Assembly (NCBI GenBank): GCA_963845065.1
Contig: CAWJQQ010000001.1
Coordinates: forward strand, 160,001-224,000
Reading direction: 5' to 3'
DNA from: Nitrospirota bacterium
GTDB taxonomy: Bacteria; Nitrospirota; UBA9217
Length of the DNA stretch: 64,000 bases
Shown one piece after another: positions 1 to 10,454 of the stretch; the first letter of the stretch is position 1, and each line of letters starts with the position of its first letter. The notes under the pieces were generated by a model. That model was not told the origin of the DNA, searched no databases, and saw nothing but the letters and a program-made list of their open reading frames with translations. The translations under genes and the position numbers were made by a program.

Positions 1-744
1 GAAGACATAGCCCGTGAACAGATCGAACGACTGTCAAAAAGTGACATCTTAGCCCTGGCATCCTCAAGCGGCGATGCCTCGAAATGCGATCTTTCCGGTA
101 TGAACCTGAGAGGGGTGGAGTTGCTCGGCATGAACTTCGACGGTTCGGACCTCAAAGGGGCGAACCTGTCGAGCGCGAACCTGAGCGGGTCGAGTTTCAG
201 GAACGCCGATCTTACTGGCTGCAACATGGGCAGCTCGAACTTTACCGGCTGTTCGTTCCTCAAGGCGCATCTCGACAAGACGGACCTTACCTATTCAAGC
301 TTCGTGGGCGCTGATTTTACGGAAGCTGGACTCGTGGACGCGAATTTTACGAACTCGCATATCGCCGGCGCCATCTTTGAGAAGGCTGATCTCACCCGGG
401 CCAATCTCCAGACGGTCGACGGGGCCATGATCCGGTGCAGCGGAGCGATCATGACGAAAATCCACGCAAGGAGCGCCAGCCTCATCGGCGCTGTCCTCTC
501 TGGGTGCGATCTCCGCGGCGCGAACCTCCACGGGACGGACCTCAGCAACGCGAACCTATCCTCTGCGGATCTGCGGGAAGCGGACATTCTCGATGTTATA
601 TTGACAGCGGCTGATCTCACCAATGCCGACATCCGTCAGGTCCGTTTGAAACGGACCGACCTTACGCGCGCAAAATTCGCCGGTCTGAAGCACGACGAAG
701 AACTGAGGGAACTCCTGACTCGCTTTGCCGGACGGAAATCCTAA
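1..744 (+). CDS. Pentapeptide-repeat protein, 5' end outside window
   Basis: A(D/N)Lxx repeats throughout. The frame is open from base 1 (EDIAREQ...) into the 100..744 ORF. Confidence 0.85.
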   Translation, partial: EDIAREQIERLSKSDILALASSSGDASKCDLSGMNLRGVELLGMNFDGSDLKGANLSSANLSGSSFRNADLTGCNMGSSNFTGCSFLKAHLDKTDLTYSSFVGADFTEAGLVDANFTNSHIAGAIFEKADLTRANLQTVDGAMIRCSGAIMTKIHARSASLIGAVLSGCDLRGANLHGTDLSNANLSSADLREADILDVILTAADLTNADIRQVRLKRTDLTRAKFAGLKHDEELRELLTRFAGRKS

Positions 745-977
745 CTGTTGAGATCATTAGGACGGTACTGCGAAATTGTGTGAAGAAAAAGCTGCCGGAT
801 CAAACATCTTTGGGGCAGGTCTTTACTGTTGACATTCGTCTCTTATCTTGCCATATCTCGGCTAAGTGAGTATAGCACACGGAAAAACTTGACACCCGTT
901 CTTGAACAACTTTTCTGCCGAAAAATTATCTGGTTACTATTTGCCTCTTAGATAATACTCAATCTCGTGTAAACTCA

Positions 978-1379
978 TCAAACGCTCCAGTTCACAATTT
1001 TCGGATTCTTTATTTGTTTAAACTCTTTAGTATTATTGGTAACGAGGGTCGTGCCGAGAGCGTAAGCGTGCGCGCCTATCAGCATGTCCATGGATCCGAT
1101 AAGCTTGCCTGCTCTTTCGAGCTCCGCCCGGATTGCTCCGTATTCCTGAGCCGCCTTTTCATTGAAGTCGGCGATTTCGAGGGGAAGAATGAACTCATCG
1201 AGGGCTTGCTGGTTTTTCTCGACGTACTGGCTCTTTGATACACCGTAGCGAAGTTCCGCAAGAGTAACAGAGGATATCCCGATGTCGCCGATGGTATGAG
1301 CTTTGAAATGCTTGAGTACCTTTGGCGGTTGTTTTTTGATGAGGTAAATGCAGATATTCGTATCCAGCATGTACTTCAT
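978..1379 (-). CDS. vapC: VapC PIN-domain toxin
   Basis: MKYMLDTNICIY...DMLIGAHA...LVTNNTKEF PIN motifs; overlaps the antitoxin stop by 1 nt. Confidence 0.95.
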   Translation of the reverse strand: MKYMLDTNICIYLIKKQPPKVLKHFKAHTIGDIGISSVTLAELRYGVSKSQYVEKNQQALDEFILPLEIADFNEKAAQEYGAIRAELERAGKLIGSMDMLIGAHAYALGTTLVTNNTKEFKQIKNPKIVNWSV

Positions 1380-1606
1380 CAGAAGTCCTCCCTTTTTTGC
1401 ATCTTCGGCTGCTTTCTTTCAATCATGAAGTCATCAGAGAATTTATTCAGGCTGTGGATCAGGATGTCCCATGAGTTCTTTGTCGGGATCAACACCACGA
1501 CGTTCCCGGATTTTTTAACGAAAACATGGTCGTCCTCGAATCGAAATTCCTTGGGCAAACGGACAGCCTGGCTTTGTCCGTTTTGAAACAATTTTGCCGT
1601 CTTCAT
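1379..1606 (-). CDS. vapB: VapB antitoxin (AbrB/MazE fold)
   Basis: MKTAKLFQNGQSQAVRLPKEFRF signature; RBS AGGAGG. Confidence 0.95.
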   Translation of the reverse strand: MKTAKLFQNGQSQAVRLPKEFRFEDDHVFVKKSGNVVVLIPTKNSWDILIHSLNKFSDDFMIERKQPKMQKREDF

Positions 1607-1951
1607 AACGCACCTCCTAGTCTATACTACTAATATATACTAAGCTGCTTCGGATTGCAAGAGGTTTTGAATCTTTGAGCCTTCGCGGCAAGACGCGGTT
1701 GCCTCTTCTGTGCTTCGTATTACCCGGGTCGGGAATGTACGTTCCGCTCCACGGCAGCTCTTGACTAAAACTAGACAGGGGAGGTGAAGCCAAACATGCC
1801 CTTGACAGCCTGAGCTTTAGTTCAATCGGTGCAGGTCCTGCTGATGCCGCAACCGAGAGGTTTGCAGGTTCATCCGCCCGTGCTGGTATCTGCGCTATAA
1901 GTGCCCTGATACTGTCCTGTAGATGTGCTGGTTATGTAAATCCCGATAGAT

Positions 1952-2182
1952 TTAAGGCTTCTTCAACACATCATGCGTGCCAACTTTGCGTAGGACAAAA
2001 AAGTCGCCATCCAGTTCGAACGTGAACCGATAGTGATAATCAATATAACCTTCCCAAATGCTGTTCGTCCCCCGAACCGGATGGAGGTTCAAGGACGGGT
2101 GATCGGGATTGGTGAGTAGGAATTCAAGCTGCTTGTCTACCTTGTCCTGAATGGCAGCGTGCGATCTGTTGTAATCCTTCTT
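1952..2182 (-). pseudogene. 5'-truncated RelE/ParE-superfamily toxin
   Basis: Manual translation: KKDYNRSHAAIQDKVDKQLEFLLTNPDHPSLNLHPVRGTNSIWEGYIDYHYRFTFELDGDFFVLRKVGTHDVLKKP*. In-frame TAA directly upstream, no start codon. Confidence 0.7.
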
Positions 2183-2339
2183 TTAGTACACCTTCTCTCA
2201 TTGCTGATATCATATGAAGACTGGCTACGGAATCGGACCGAAGACAAACCTTGCACAGTTGCCCAACGAGGTTGAAGCCCGCGGCCAGCACCAGCCGACG
2301 TAGCCAGTCGAATTAATAATCTCAACCTAGTGTGGCTCA

Positions 2340-2939
2340 TTACACCCACACGACCTTGTCGAAGTCCTGCATACCTTCCACAAGATGGTTCGTGGTTCCT
2401 CGTCTTCCGACCTTCAGCTCCGACTCAAGATTATAATGTTTCAGACAGGTGCCACAGGAGTATATTTCTACGTCAAGATCTGCAATCTCTTTCAGCACAG
2501 CAACAGTTTCCTCATTCAGCGTGGTCAGCTTGACGCCTGCGTTCAGAAAAAATATAGTGTGCGGAAGCTGCTTGTAGACTTTCATGGTATCGAAGAACCC
2601 CTTGATGAGCTGTTTTCCCAGGTCCTCGTCCTTGCCCAAGCTATCGGTACCGATAATGAGCAGCAGTGTTTTTTTGTTCTTTGCCGATTCAGCGCCGGCA
2701 ACGCCGGGTTTCACGCCGGTTTTGCAAGAGTATCCCTTCACGACCTTAATTTTCCAGTCTTTCCCTTCTCTCGTCGTCTCGGCGAACATGCCGTTCTGCG
2801 CAGCATAGCCCGACACATTAAGAGCCGACTCCTCATTATCTACCAACACATCGATAATACCCTCGCCGATCTTCGAGAGCGCTTCCTCTGTCATTATGAC
2901 AGGAATAGGGCAGCCTTTACCGCGGGCGTCTATTTGCAT
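2340..2939 (-). CDS. yedF: Sulfurtransferase-like selenium metabolism protein YedF (TusA/SirA + DsrE-like domains)
   Basis: IDARGKGCPIP TusA motif, then LGKQLIKGFF...FFLNAGVKL...SCGTCLKHY; RBS AAGGAG before ATG 2939. Confidence 0.88.
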   Translation of the reverse strand: MQIDARGKGCPIPVIMTEEALSKIGEGIIDVLVDNEESALNVSGYAAQNGMFAETTREGKDWKIKVVKGYSCKTGVKPGVAGAESAKNKKTLLLIIGTDSLGKDEDLGKQLIKGFFDTMKVYKQLPHTIFFLNAGVKLTTLNEETVAVLKEIADLDVEIYSCGTCLKHYNLESELKVGRRGTTNHLVEGMQDFDKVVWV

Positions 2940-3433
2940 ATAATCTCCTTTGTCACTCTTTAGGCTTTGTCCAGACAAGAAAGGGATAGAGTTTGCACAT
3001 ATTAAAGCCGGGATAGGTTTCTCCGTGCGTGGATATGATACACCGCCGTCCCGTATCGTGCGTTCAAGCATCTATCGTACAGTGGATTCTAGCTGGCGTC
3101 CGGTACATATCCAGTTGAGTTCTCCTTGTTCAATCTTACCCGCTCTATAGCTGCCGCTACACATGGCCAGATGTTTGGTCTGTCAGCAAGGAGCACGAAT
3201 ACCACCCCCATAACATGCAGAGCTGCTCATAGTCATGGTCATCTCGAGGGGAAAGATGTCCATGGCTGCTGACCAGTCATTGCCTAGATGATAAGACTGG
3301 AGCACGTCACATACTCCGTGTATAACGTCAGGCTTAAAGTCGCGTTACGGAGCGGTAATGTAGCTACCGCTAAAAGCCCGGCTGAAGACTTTTCTTCTTT
3401 TTTATAGCGAAAGTACAGTACCTTTCGCCCGCC

Positions 3434-4066
3434 TTATTTCATCACCATCTTGATCACGGCAAGCACTTCCGATGCGTCCTTGGAAAGTGGCTTCCCTTTC
3501 CGGGTGATGATTGAGAAATCACGGATCATCCTGAGCAGGGGGATGTTCAGCGCCTGCACCTTCCTGAGCTCAATCGCCTCTTTCGCCGCCAGTTCCGAAA
3601 CTATGGCTATCCCGGCGCCTCCCTCGACGGCCTGGATGACCCCCTCGGTGGTACCGACCTCGGCGACGGCATTCAGGTCCGTCAGCGCAAGTCCCGCATC
3701 TTTGAACGCCTTCTCATAGACCGCCCGCGTTCCGGAGCCCTTTTCCCGTGTTACAAAGTTCTGACCCTTCAAGTCTCCGAGTGCAATGGTCCCTTTTGTG
3801 GCAAGCGGATGGTTCTTCGGGGTGATTAGTACGAGCCGGTCGTCCTTAACAATCACCGTGAACTCCACGTCGGTGGAATCGAATCGCGTGCCGATGATAC
3901 CGATTTCGTACTGTCCCTTCCGCAGACCTTCAAAGACCTTCAAGCTGTCCGATATCTCCACCTTAAGCTCGATCTCCGGAAGGTGCCTGATCATCGCGGA
4001 CAACAGCCTGGGAATAATGAACTCTCCCGGGATAGTGCTTGCTCCGAGTGTAAACAAGTGTTTCAT
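3434..4066 (-). CDS. LysR substrate-binding-domain-only protein (CysL/selenium-associated type, no HTH)
   Basis: Starts at LGASTIPG and has REKGSGTR; RBS AGAGGAG; paralogous to the C-terminal domain of 4404..5288. Confidence 0.8.
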   Translation of the reverse strand: MKHLFTLGASTIPGEFIIPRLLSAMIRHLPEIELKVEISDSLKVFEGLRKGQYEIGIIGTRFDSTDVEFTVIVKDDRLVLITPKNHPLATKGTIALGDLKGQNFVTREKGSGTRAVYEKAFKDAGLALTDLNAVAEVGTTEGVIQAVEGGAGIAIVSELAAKEAIELRKVQALNIPLLRMIRDFSIITRKGKPLSKDASEVLAVIKMVMK

Positions 4067-4309
4067 GGTCAATTCTCCTCTCTGCTGGTATATAGTTCTC
4101 CGTTTTATCGTTCCGAGAAGGTGACCTTATGGCCGATATTGAATCCGTAGAGGTCATCGTTCAGCAGCTTGTCGTCAGACTCGGCATAGGACTATATGGA
4201 ATAGAGCAGCTTGCCAGCTTTAGGTGCCGCGTCCTGGAATGCTTGTTATTTTCAACGCTTAGCTGCACCAGCGCGTCTCTGCTCAAATCTAAATTTGATC
4301 TACTTTACC

Positions 4310-4377
4310 ATAGGTTTGTATGATATGTAAAATAGGCATTTCCGATTAATAAGACAACAAACATAGGTTTTATCGAC
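4310..4377. promoter_or_regulatory. Three candidate LysR boxes (ATAGG-N7-GAT/GAC)
   Basis: ATAGGTTTGTATGAT 4310, ATAGGCATTTCCGAT 4332, ATAGGTTTTATCGAC 4363; T-N11-A pattern. Confidence 0.5.
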
Positions 4378-4403
4378 AGATGGGATAACTGGGGCGGTAG
4401 TAT

Positions 4404-5288
4404 TTACGATTTTGCTTTGAGGTGATCAAGAAAAAGAGAATAGATGAGAGGAAGGGCGCGCTTCTTGTGTGTTACTATGTAAAACAACCTTTTCATGGGA
4501 GGGGCGGCTAACTTGATTTCCTTTAGAAGTTTATGTTTCAGCTCTTCCGTGACGGAGAACCGTGACAAGATCGTTAATCCTAGTCCCACTTTGACAGCTT
4601 GTTTAACAGCATCGGTGGAGCCGAAGATGCCGGCCACTCTCACGCTGCTGCATGAGACTCCCTGCTCCTCAAGCAGCTTTTCCACCTCGCGCCTGGTTCC
4701 CGACCCTTCTTCCCGAAGCACCATGGGATACCGGCACAGGTCTTTCAAGGATATCCTGCTGCTCTTCATGAACGACGGCGCGGCTACGATGATGAGTTTG
4801 TCCTCTAGGAACGGCGTATAATTGATCTGTGCGTCAGCAATTTTAGAGCCCACAATTCCCAGAAGGACGTGATGAGATAAAATCTGCTGCACAATCTCCT
4901 GTGAGTCCCCGACAAGTACCTGAAATGATACTCCCGGATGTTTTCGCCTGAAATCAGACATAAGCTCCGGCAGCAGATACGTGCCGGGGATAGTGCTTGC
5001 GCCTACGATCAATGCACCGGTAACTTCTTTCTTAAGCTGTCCAAGTACACCCTTTACGCTGTCAGCCTTTTCGATAATGTCTAGTGCATGGTTATATAAA
5101 GCATCTGCCTCGCGGGTGGGAATTATTGTCTTTCCAAGCCGTTCGAACAACGTGCAGTTCAGTTCCCGTTCAAGCGATTTTATATGCTCGCTAATCGTCG
5201 GCTGGGCAAGATGCAATTCAAGTGCTGCCTTAGAAAAACTTCTGTTCTTGAATACCGACAAAAATATCCTGAGATGATGTAATTCCAT
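4404..5288 (-). CDS. Selenium metabolism-associated LysR-family regulator
   Basis: HTH (SFSKAALELHLAQPTISEHIKSLE), GASTIPG and REEGSGTR; close to yedF. Confidence 0.9.
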   Translation of the reverse strand: MELHHLRIFLSVFKNRSFSKAALELHLAQPTISEHIKSLERELNCTLFERLGKTIIPTREADALYNHALDIIEKADSVKGVLGQLKKEVTGALIVGASTIPGTYLLPELMSDFRRKHPGVSFQVLVGDSQEIVQQILSHHVLLGIVGSKIADAQINYTPFLEDKLIIVAAPSFMKSSRISLKDLCRYPMVLREEGSGTRREVEKLLEEQGVSCSSVRVAGIFGSTDAVKQAVKVGLGLTILSRFSVTEELKHKLLKEIKLAAPPMKRLFYIVTHKKRALPLIYSLFLDHLKAKS

Positions 5289-5484
5289 GGTCAGGCTGCG
5301 TCCTCCATCACGAGGCGAAGAATATCACCGGCACCTACATGTGTCAAATAATAAATAAGAAAGTTATTCGCCAAGAACCTATGTCTATGACTCCGGTTGG
5401 ATATTTCACAACGAATTCGGCTTCAACTTTATGACTTTAGAGATATGGCAACTTTAAAAGATACAGAAAGGAGAGTTGACTTAA

Positions 5485-5597
5485 AACTTCAAACGGGATT
5501 CTTCATTTTTTTGGCAAGTCTGATTGTCCGAGCTGCGCCTACAAGTGTGGAATGCCAATATAATGACGATGGTGTAAAATGCCATTTGAATCATGCA
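5485..5597 (+). repeat. Intergenic motif family, copy a
   Basis: AACTTCAA at 5485 and CTACAA at 5539; ~55-nt right arm shared with 12131-12189. Confidence 0.7.
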
Positions 5598-5693
5598 TGA
5601 ATCGCGGCGATCAAGGGGTGCGTCATGAACGAAGCCATTATCCATACTTTCTCAGCTGTTATCATATTCTGTGCCCTCATGAACTTTGCAACT

Positions 5694-6128
5694 TCAATTG
5701 CGGCGAAAGGATCTGTTAGCAAAATTAGGAAAGAGGCCAGCTAAACCCACAAGGACTGACAATAAAATTACCACGAGAGGGAAAACCCAATTCCGATTGT
5801 CATTCCATCTCGCGCGGCTCGGGGAGGAAGGATCGTAGAGAACTGAGACCTTTGTCCCAGGCTGTAGCCTGGTTCTTGTTAAACCACTCAACCCTTTCGT
5901 GCTCGGAAGATCCTCAGTAATTTGGAATGTTCGTCCATTAGCGTTAAATTCTATGATGAAGCTTGCACTGTTTCTCGCCACGATTTGTCCTTCAGTTTCG
6001 GATGCCGTCAAGCTGAAAGCCCAGATGTCCAATAGACGGTAGGCTCCAAAAGCAAGACCAACGAGCGATAAAGCAATAAGGAAGATAATTCTTCCCCTCG
6101 GCTGACTATGAATATTCTCTAGCGGCAT
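5694..6128 (-). CDS. DUF3592-like membrane protein
   Basis: TM - beta domain (GTKVSVLYDPSSP) - TM. Confidence 0.75.
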   Translation of the reverse strand: MPLENIHSQPRGRIIFLIALSLVGLAFGAYRLLDIWAFSLTASETEGQIVARNSASFIIEFNANGRTFQITEDLPSTKGLSGLTRTRLQPGTKVSVLYDPSSPSRARWNDNRNWVFPLVVILLSVLVGLAGLFPNFANRSFRRN

Positions 6129-6272
6129 AGTTAAAAGAAATCGGCTTAAATGTGTCTTTGACGAATATATTCCTGATCCATCGCGAAGTCAATAGTGCCA
6201 AATGAGTATGTCAAGTGAGTAATAAATGGGTAGCCGCTCTATCGACTGCAGCTTGAAAATCACGACTGCCAG

Positions 6273-6383
6273 GAATGGAAACTTCAACCGCTTCAGCATG
6301 GACATTGGACTAAAAAGTTATGATCTATATTCTTCACCTCAATAAAAATAAAATCTCTGCGAGCAACACCTACAATCATGCAT
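6273..6383 (+). repeat. Intergenic motif family, copy b
   Basis: GAATGGAAACTTCAAC (identical at 55190) ... TATTCTTCACCTC ... CACCTACAATCATG. Confidence 0.7.
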
Positions 6384-6613
6384 AGGTTGACTAAATTTCA
6401 ATGCAGAATGCTAGGAAATTGCGCAGCACAGCTGCCGCGAGAGATACTTTGATAAACGCACCTATCACGACAGTGTGGTTGAAATATTTTGGCGGGCTGT
6501 TCTGCAGCTACCTTAATTGATAGCGATCCAATACTTGTGGTGGATGGCACACAATGGCAATACCAGCTCATGCGCAACGACAGGTTGATTTCACATCAAA
6601 AATGGCGTCAGTT

Positions 6614-7158
6614 TCACTTGACAACGCGAAAGCGCAGGTTTGTCACCTGCCCTGATTGCCCAACGTAAGTCGGTTCAAGGTTGACTTGTCCGAAACCGCG
6701 GGCTTCATAAAGTCTGATCCCATCTCCAGGCAAAACAGGCACAAGATGGATAAGGATCTCGTCAACTACACCTGCGTTGAGGCACTGTCTAGGAATGGTC
6801 GCGCCAAAGAGGACGATATTCTTGCCTTCGGCACTGGTGAGGGCTGTGGCAACCGCGTTGTCGATGCTACTGGTAAAAAATGTAAGCGCGGGATTACTCG
6901 GAGCAACTGGAGGGCGATGTGTGATGACAAATTCAGGTCCTCTCCAAGCTCCACCATAGATCTCTTCTATTCCGCCGAGTCGGCTCATTGACAAATCATA
7001 TCAGCGCCTGCCAGCGAGAATGGCACCAGTCGACCTGATGGCCTCCTTGGCAATGGTATTCGGTCCTGCATCATATCGAAAAATCCAGTCCATAATGTCG
7101 TCAGGGCAAGCTATGAAGCCATCCAATGACATGGTTACGTGCCAGACGACTTTTCCAT
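6614..7158 (-). pseudogene. RibD C-terminal / dihydrofolate reductase-family protein, disrupted
   Basis: KVVWHVTMSLDGFIA...GAILAGRR*YD. 1-nt frameshift right after ATG 7158 and in-frame TGA at 7001-7003. Confidence 0.8.
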
Positions 7159-8102
7159 CTACGTGCCTCCATGACGGCCACTAATTTACACTAATATCTT
7201 CTGTATGAAATATGCACTATTCTCAAATTAATATTAGTGCTGACTACAGGAAGAAGTCTCTTTTTTCGACTATATTATATGATGCAGAATCCAAAAAAAA
7301 ATTCTCATAGTGCAAGCACAGGAAAATAACCTCCCCACTTCCTAACTTTAAAAAATGCCTGATATAGTCCGTGAATGGAATTACTTCTTACTATCCCGTT
7401 CCCATCATCCTTGTAATTTTTTCGTCTCAACAGGGTGCAGCTATAAAATATTTTCCAGAAGTGCGGAGTCCCGTCCCTTGGGATGCTTTCTATTACCTGT
7501 CAGTTGCTTTTCTCCATAGGCAAAATAAAATTGCACCCGCCAAACTTGATTAAATAAAAAAGTAGTGTTCAAAATAAATTGTTCATAAAGGATTTAGACT
7601 TTATAAAATAATGGCTTATATATTCTACAAACAAACCATGTGGACAACCTGTGCAAAAGAGTGCTAAAAAAGTTATTGTATCCTTCGTATTCTTAACCAG
7701 AATGTAACTTGCACATTATTTAGGCAATATGAATATCATTATAACAACAAGTTAGAAAATATAATTGATTCATTCTTATCTCTATAAGTGGGTGAAAATT
7801 ATCAACATTTTTAAATGATTCAATCATCTCGTAAGAAATAGATGGACTACATTCTCGATTTACAGCTCGGTAATGTCTCCCCTAAAAGCAATACCCGAAG
7901 TGCTTCAATCGCACGCAAATAATTTATTCTACTTCGTGCCGCAGGTTTATTCTTTGCAACAATTACTTTCATTGAGGTAATAAAAGGAGCAGATAAGAAA
8001 GCAAAAAACAGGGGAATCTGTTAATGTTTTTACATCTCAACCATGTTATGCTCCCTTTTGATGCAGCAGCCCCTAAAAGCCTTTCTATAACTTTGTGTAT
8101 CG

Positions 8103-9530
8103 TCATTGGATTATCCACACAAGATATGGGTAACCCACTATTATAAAAACTCCAAAATATATCAGTCCGAAAATGAAGCCCAGTCGCCAAAAATCCGTGC
8201 TTTGTACGTAACCACTTCCATAATAAATAGGGGATGGACCCGTAGCGTAAGGTGTTATGATGCCCATAATTCCTAAGGAATAGCATAACATTAGGGAAAG
8301 ATGCCTTATAGGCATACCAGACACAGCCACGGCAGCTGCTAAGAATACTGGTAAAACCGCCGTGGTGTGCGCAGTTGAACTGGCAAACATGTAATGGATA
8401 AAAAAGAACAAAGCAACGAAAAGGAGCATCACTATGGTTACAGGTAGTCCTCTCAGAGATCCTGCGGTAAGGGCCGCAAACCAATCGAGGAATTTCACCT
8501 GTTTAAGACCATCGGCCAGGGCAACCAGCGTTGCAAACCACGCCAACGCATTCCACGCCTGCTTGTTATTAAGGATATCATCCCATGTGATAACACCAGT
8601 AAGGATCATGCCGCTGAAGACTAACATGCCCGTCACTGTGGCATCCAGATTGAACCAACCGGGACCAAAAATCCACAAGATTAGGGCGCAAATAACCAAG
8701 AGAGCCATAATCACTTCGTTACGCGTTATCTTACCCAGTTTAGACAATTCCTGACTCGCCCATATCGGCACATCTTCACAGACTTTCAGCGTGGGTGGAT
8801 AAATCTTGAAAACAAGGAAAGGAACGGTTATAAAAAGAATCATTCCAACAGGCAAAAAACCAACTGCCCATTGCGCCCACGTGATGTTTATCCCTGTTGT
8901 TTTTTTTACGATCTCTAAGGCCAAAAGATTTGGTGCCAGGGCAGTTAGAAACATTGAACTTGTGATACAAGTTGTTGCAAGCGCCGTCCACATGATGTAA
9001 GCACCGATTTTACGCGCGGTGTCTCCAGGCAGAGAATCATAGAGCGGCGGTATGTTCTTAATGATTGGAAAAATCGTCCCCCCGCTGCGCGCGGTGTTAG
9101 AGGCAGTAAAAGGCGCCAAGATCAAATCAGCTATGGCTACAGCATAACCAAGGCCTAATGTTTTCCCCCCCAACCATTTTACCAGAGTCAAGGCAAGACG
9201 GCGTCCCAAGCCGGTCTTTTCATAACCCTTCGCAAACATAAACGCTATAAAGATCAGCCAAACCGTGCCATTGCTAAATCCCGAGAGCATCCATTTCAGC
9301 GAGTCAGCCGGCTTTGGAGCTACAAGAAGTAATGATCCTGCCAGAGTGACACCTATAAACCCTACCGCTGCTGATGGGATAGGTTCCAAAATCAATCCTA
9401 CGATTACGGCAGCAAATAACGCAAAGTAATGCCATGCACTCGGTTGCAGGCCTTGCGGGACAGGAATCAAGCAAATGACCACACCTGTTAGTACCGGTGC
9501 GATCATCTTCCAAGGCAGCACCTTATTCAT
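8103..9530 (-). CDS. DASS-family anion permease (CitT/TtdT-like)
   Basis: GYEKTGLGRR, ASNTARSGG, MFLTALAPN and TPYATGPSPIYYGSGY motifs. Confidence 0.92.
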   Translation of the reverse strand: MNKVLPWKMIAPVLTGVVICLIPVPQGLQPSAWHYFALFAAVIVGLILEPIPSAAVGFIGVTLAGSLLLVAPKPADSLKWMLSGFSNGTVWLIFIAFMFAKGYEKTGLGRRLALTLVKWLGGKTLGLGYAVAIADLILAPFTASNTARSGGTIFPIIKNIPPLYDSLPGDTARKIGAYIMWTALATTCITSSMFLTALAPNLLALEIVKKTTGINITWAQWAVGFLPVGMILFITVPFLVFKIYPPTLKVCEDVPIWASQELSKLGKITRNEVIMALLVICALILWIFGPGWFNLDATVTGMLVFSGMILTGVITWDDILNNKQAWNALAWFATLVALADGLKQVKFLDWFAALTAGSLRGLPVTIVMLLFVALFFFIHYMFASSTAHTTAVLPVFLAAAVAVSGMPIRHLSLMLCYSLGIMGIITPYATGPSPIYYGSGYVQSTDFWRLGFIFGLIYFGVFIIVGYPYLVWIIQ

Positions 9531-9662
9531 CTCTCCCCCTCGTTGCATTTGGGAATTTTTTCCGCACCCCTACCTCGATAGTAGCGGTTTGCGATGAGCC
9601 GCTCCGCCAGTGTTACTCGGGGTAGCCTTGCGCCTCTATCTGTCCCGTTATTGAGCGTGCAA

Positions 9663-9712
9663 CAAATAAAAAGGCCGAGCACACCAAAGGCATCATCCTT
9701 CGGCAGCTCGGC
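9663..9712 (-). terminator. Intrinsic terminator of the riboswitch expression platform
   Basis: GCCGAGC...GCTCGGC stem followed by CTTTTTATTT; the 5' strand overlaps the aptamer 3' end. Confidence 0.7.
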
Positions 9713-9778
9713 GGTCTTGGTCTTGTAAGACCCGTGGCTTTCCGTCCTCTTCTTGCGAAGAGTTTGGCTTTATCGCGA
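9698..9778 (-). ncRNA. c-di-GMP-I (GEMM-I) riboswitch
   Basis: CGAUAAAGCCAAACUCUUC-GCAA-GAAGAGGACGGAAAGCCACGGGUCUU...AGACCGCCGAGCUGCCG matches the GEMM-I P2 GNRA and GAC-GG-AAAGC core. Confidence 0.9.
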
Positions 9779-10033
9779 CAGTCTGCTTATCAAAAGTAGC
9801 AGAATGCACTATTGATACGTATTCTGCAATTTTTAAAATTTTTTCGAAACAATGAAAAGTTATTAGAGAACTCGATGACTTTTACTATATCACAAAAAGC
9901 AAATTTACGATCGGTTTTTTGGGGTTCTGCAAAAAATGGCAACAAGAGGGGGCTTAACAGACGAGAATGTGGAATGGAAATTTATGTTAATAAATCGCAA
10001 CTATCATAAATTCAGAAAGCACTGTTGACTGTA

Positions 10034-10094
10034 AAATTCAAACAATATTCATCACCTTGGCACCGACCTTGCCTGTCCAATCAACACCTATAAG
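10034..10094 (+). repeat. Intergenic motif family, copy i
   Basis: AAATTCAAACAATATTCATCACC ... CACCTATAAG with the same 54-nt offset. Confidence 0.6.
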
Positions 10095-10454
10095 CATGCA
10101 CAGGCGCTTGATAAAAACGGCTGCAGAATATCACTTGTAACCTGCATCAACGCGCGGATAAGGTTTAGGTTCATACTATGAAAACAACAGCACGGCCTAA
10201 TTCTTCTGGATATGATCAGTATAACGTCATGATATCTCGCTTCGTCTTTGCCATGAAGCAAACATATTCAAGAATGGCAAAATGTTATTGTTTTATAATC
10301 ATCCATTGGTTCAATCTCACTATAACCACAAGAAAGGATTAAGGCACAAACTAGAACCGAAGCCGATAATATGAAGTCAGTCTCTCGAACATAACGAATC
10401 ATAATTGTACTCATGCTGTCACCATTTTGCTTAACGCAGGTGGAAGGCTGCTTA

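Noticed and set aside
4075..4200. Fluoride or Moco riboswitch upstream of the HTH-less LysR
   Set aside because: Only a GATGACCTCTAC fragment resembles the fluoride motif; the required 5' stem is absent.
7001..7003. In-frame TGA in the DHFR-like gene as selenocysteine
   Set aside because: The position (GRR*YD) is not a Cys site in this family and the gene is also frameshifted at its start, so it is a nonsense mutation.
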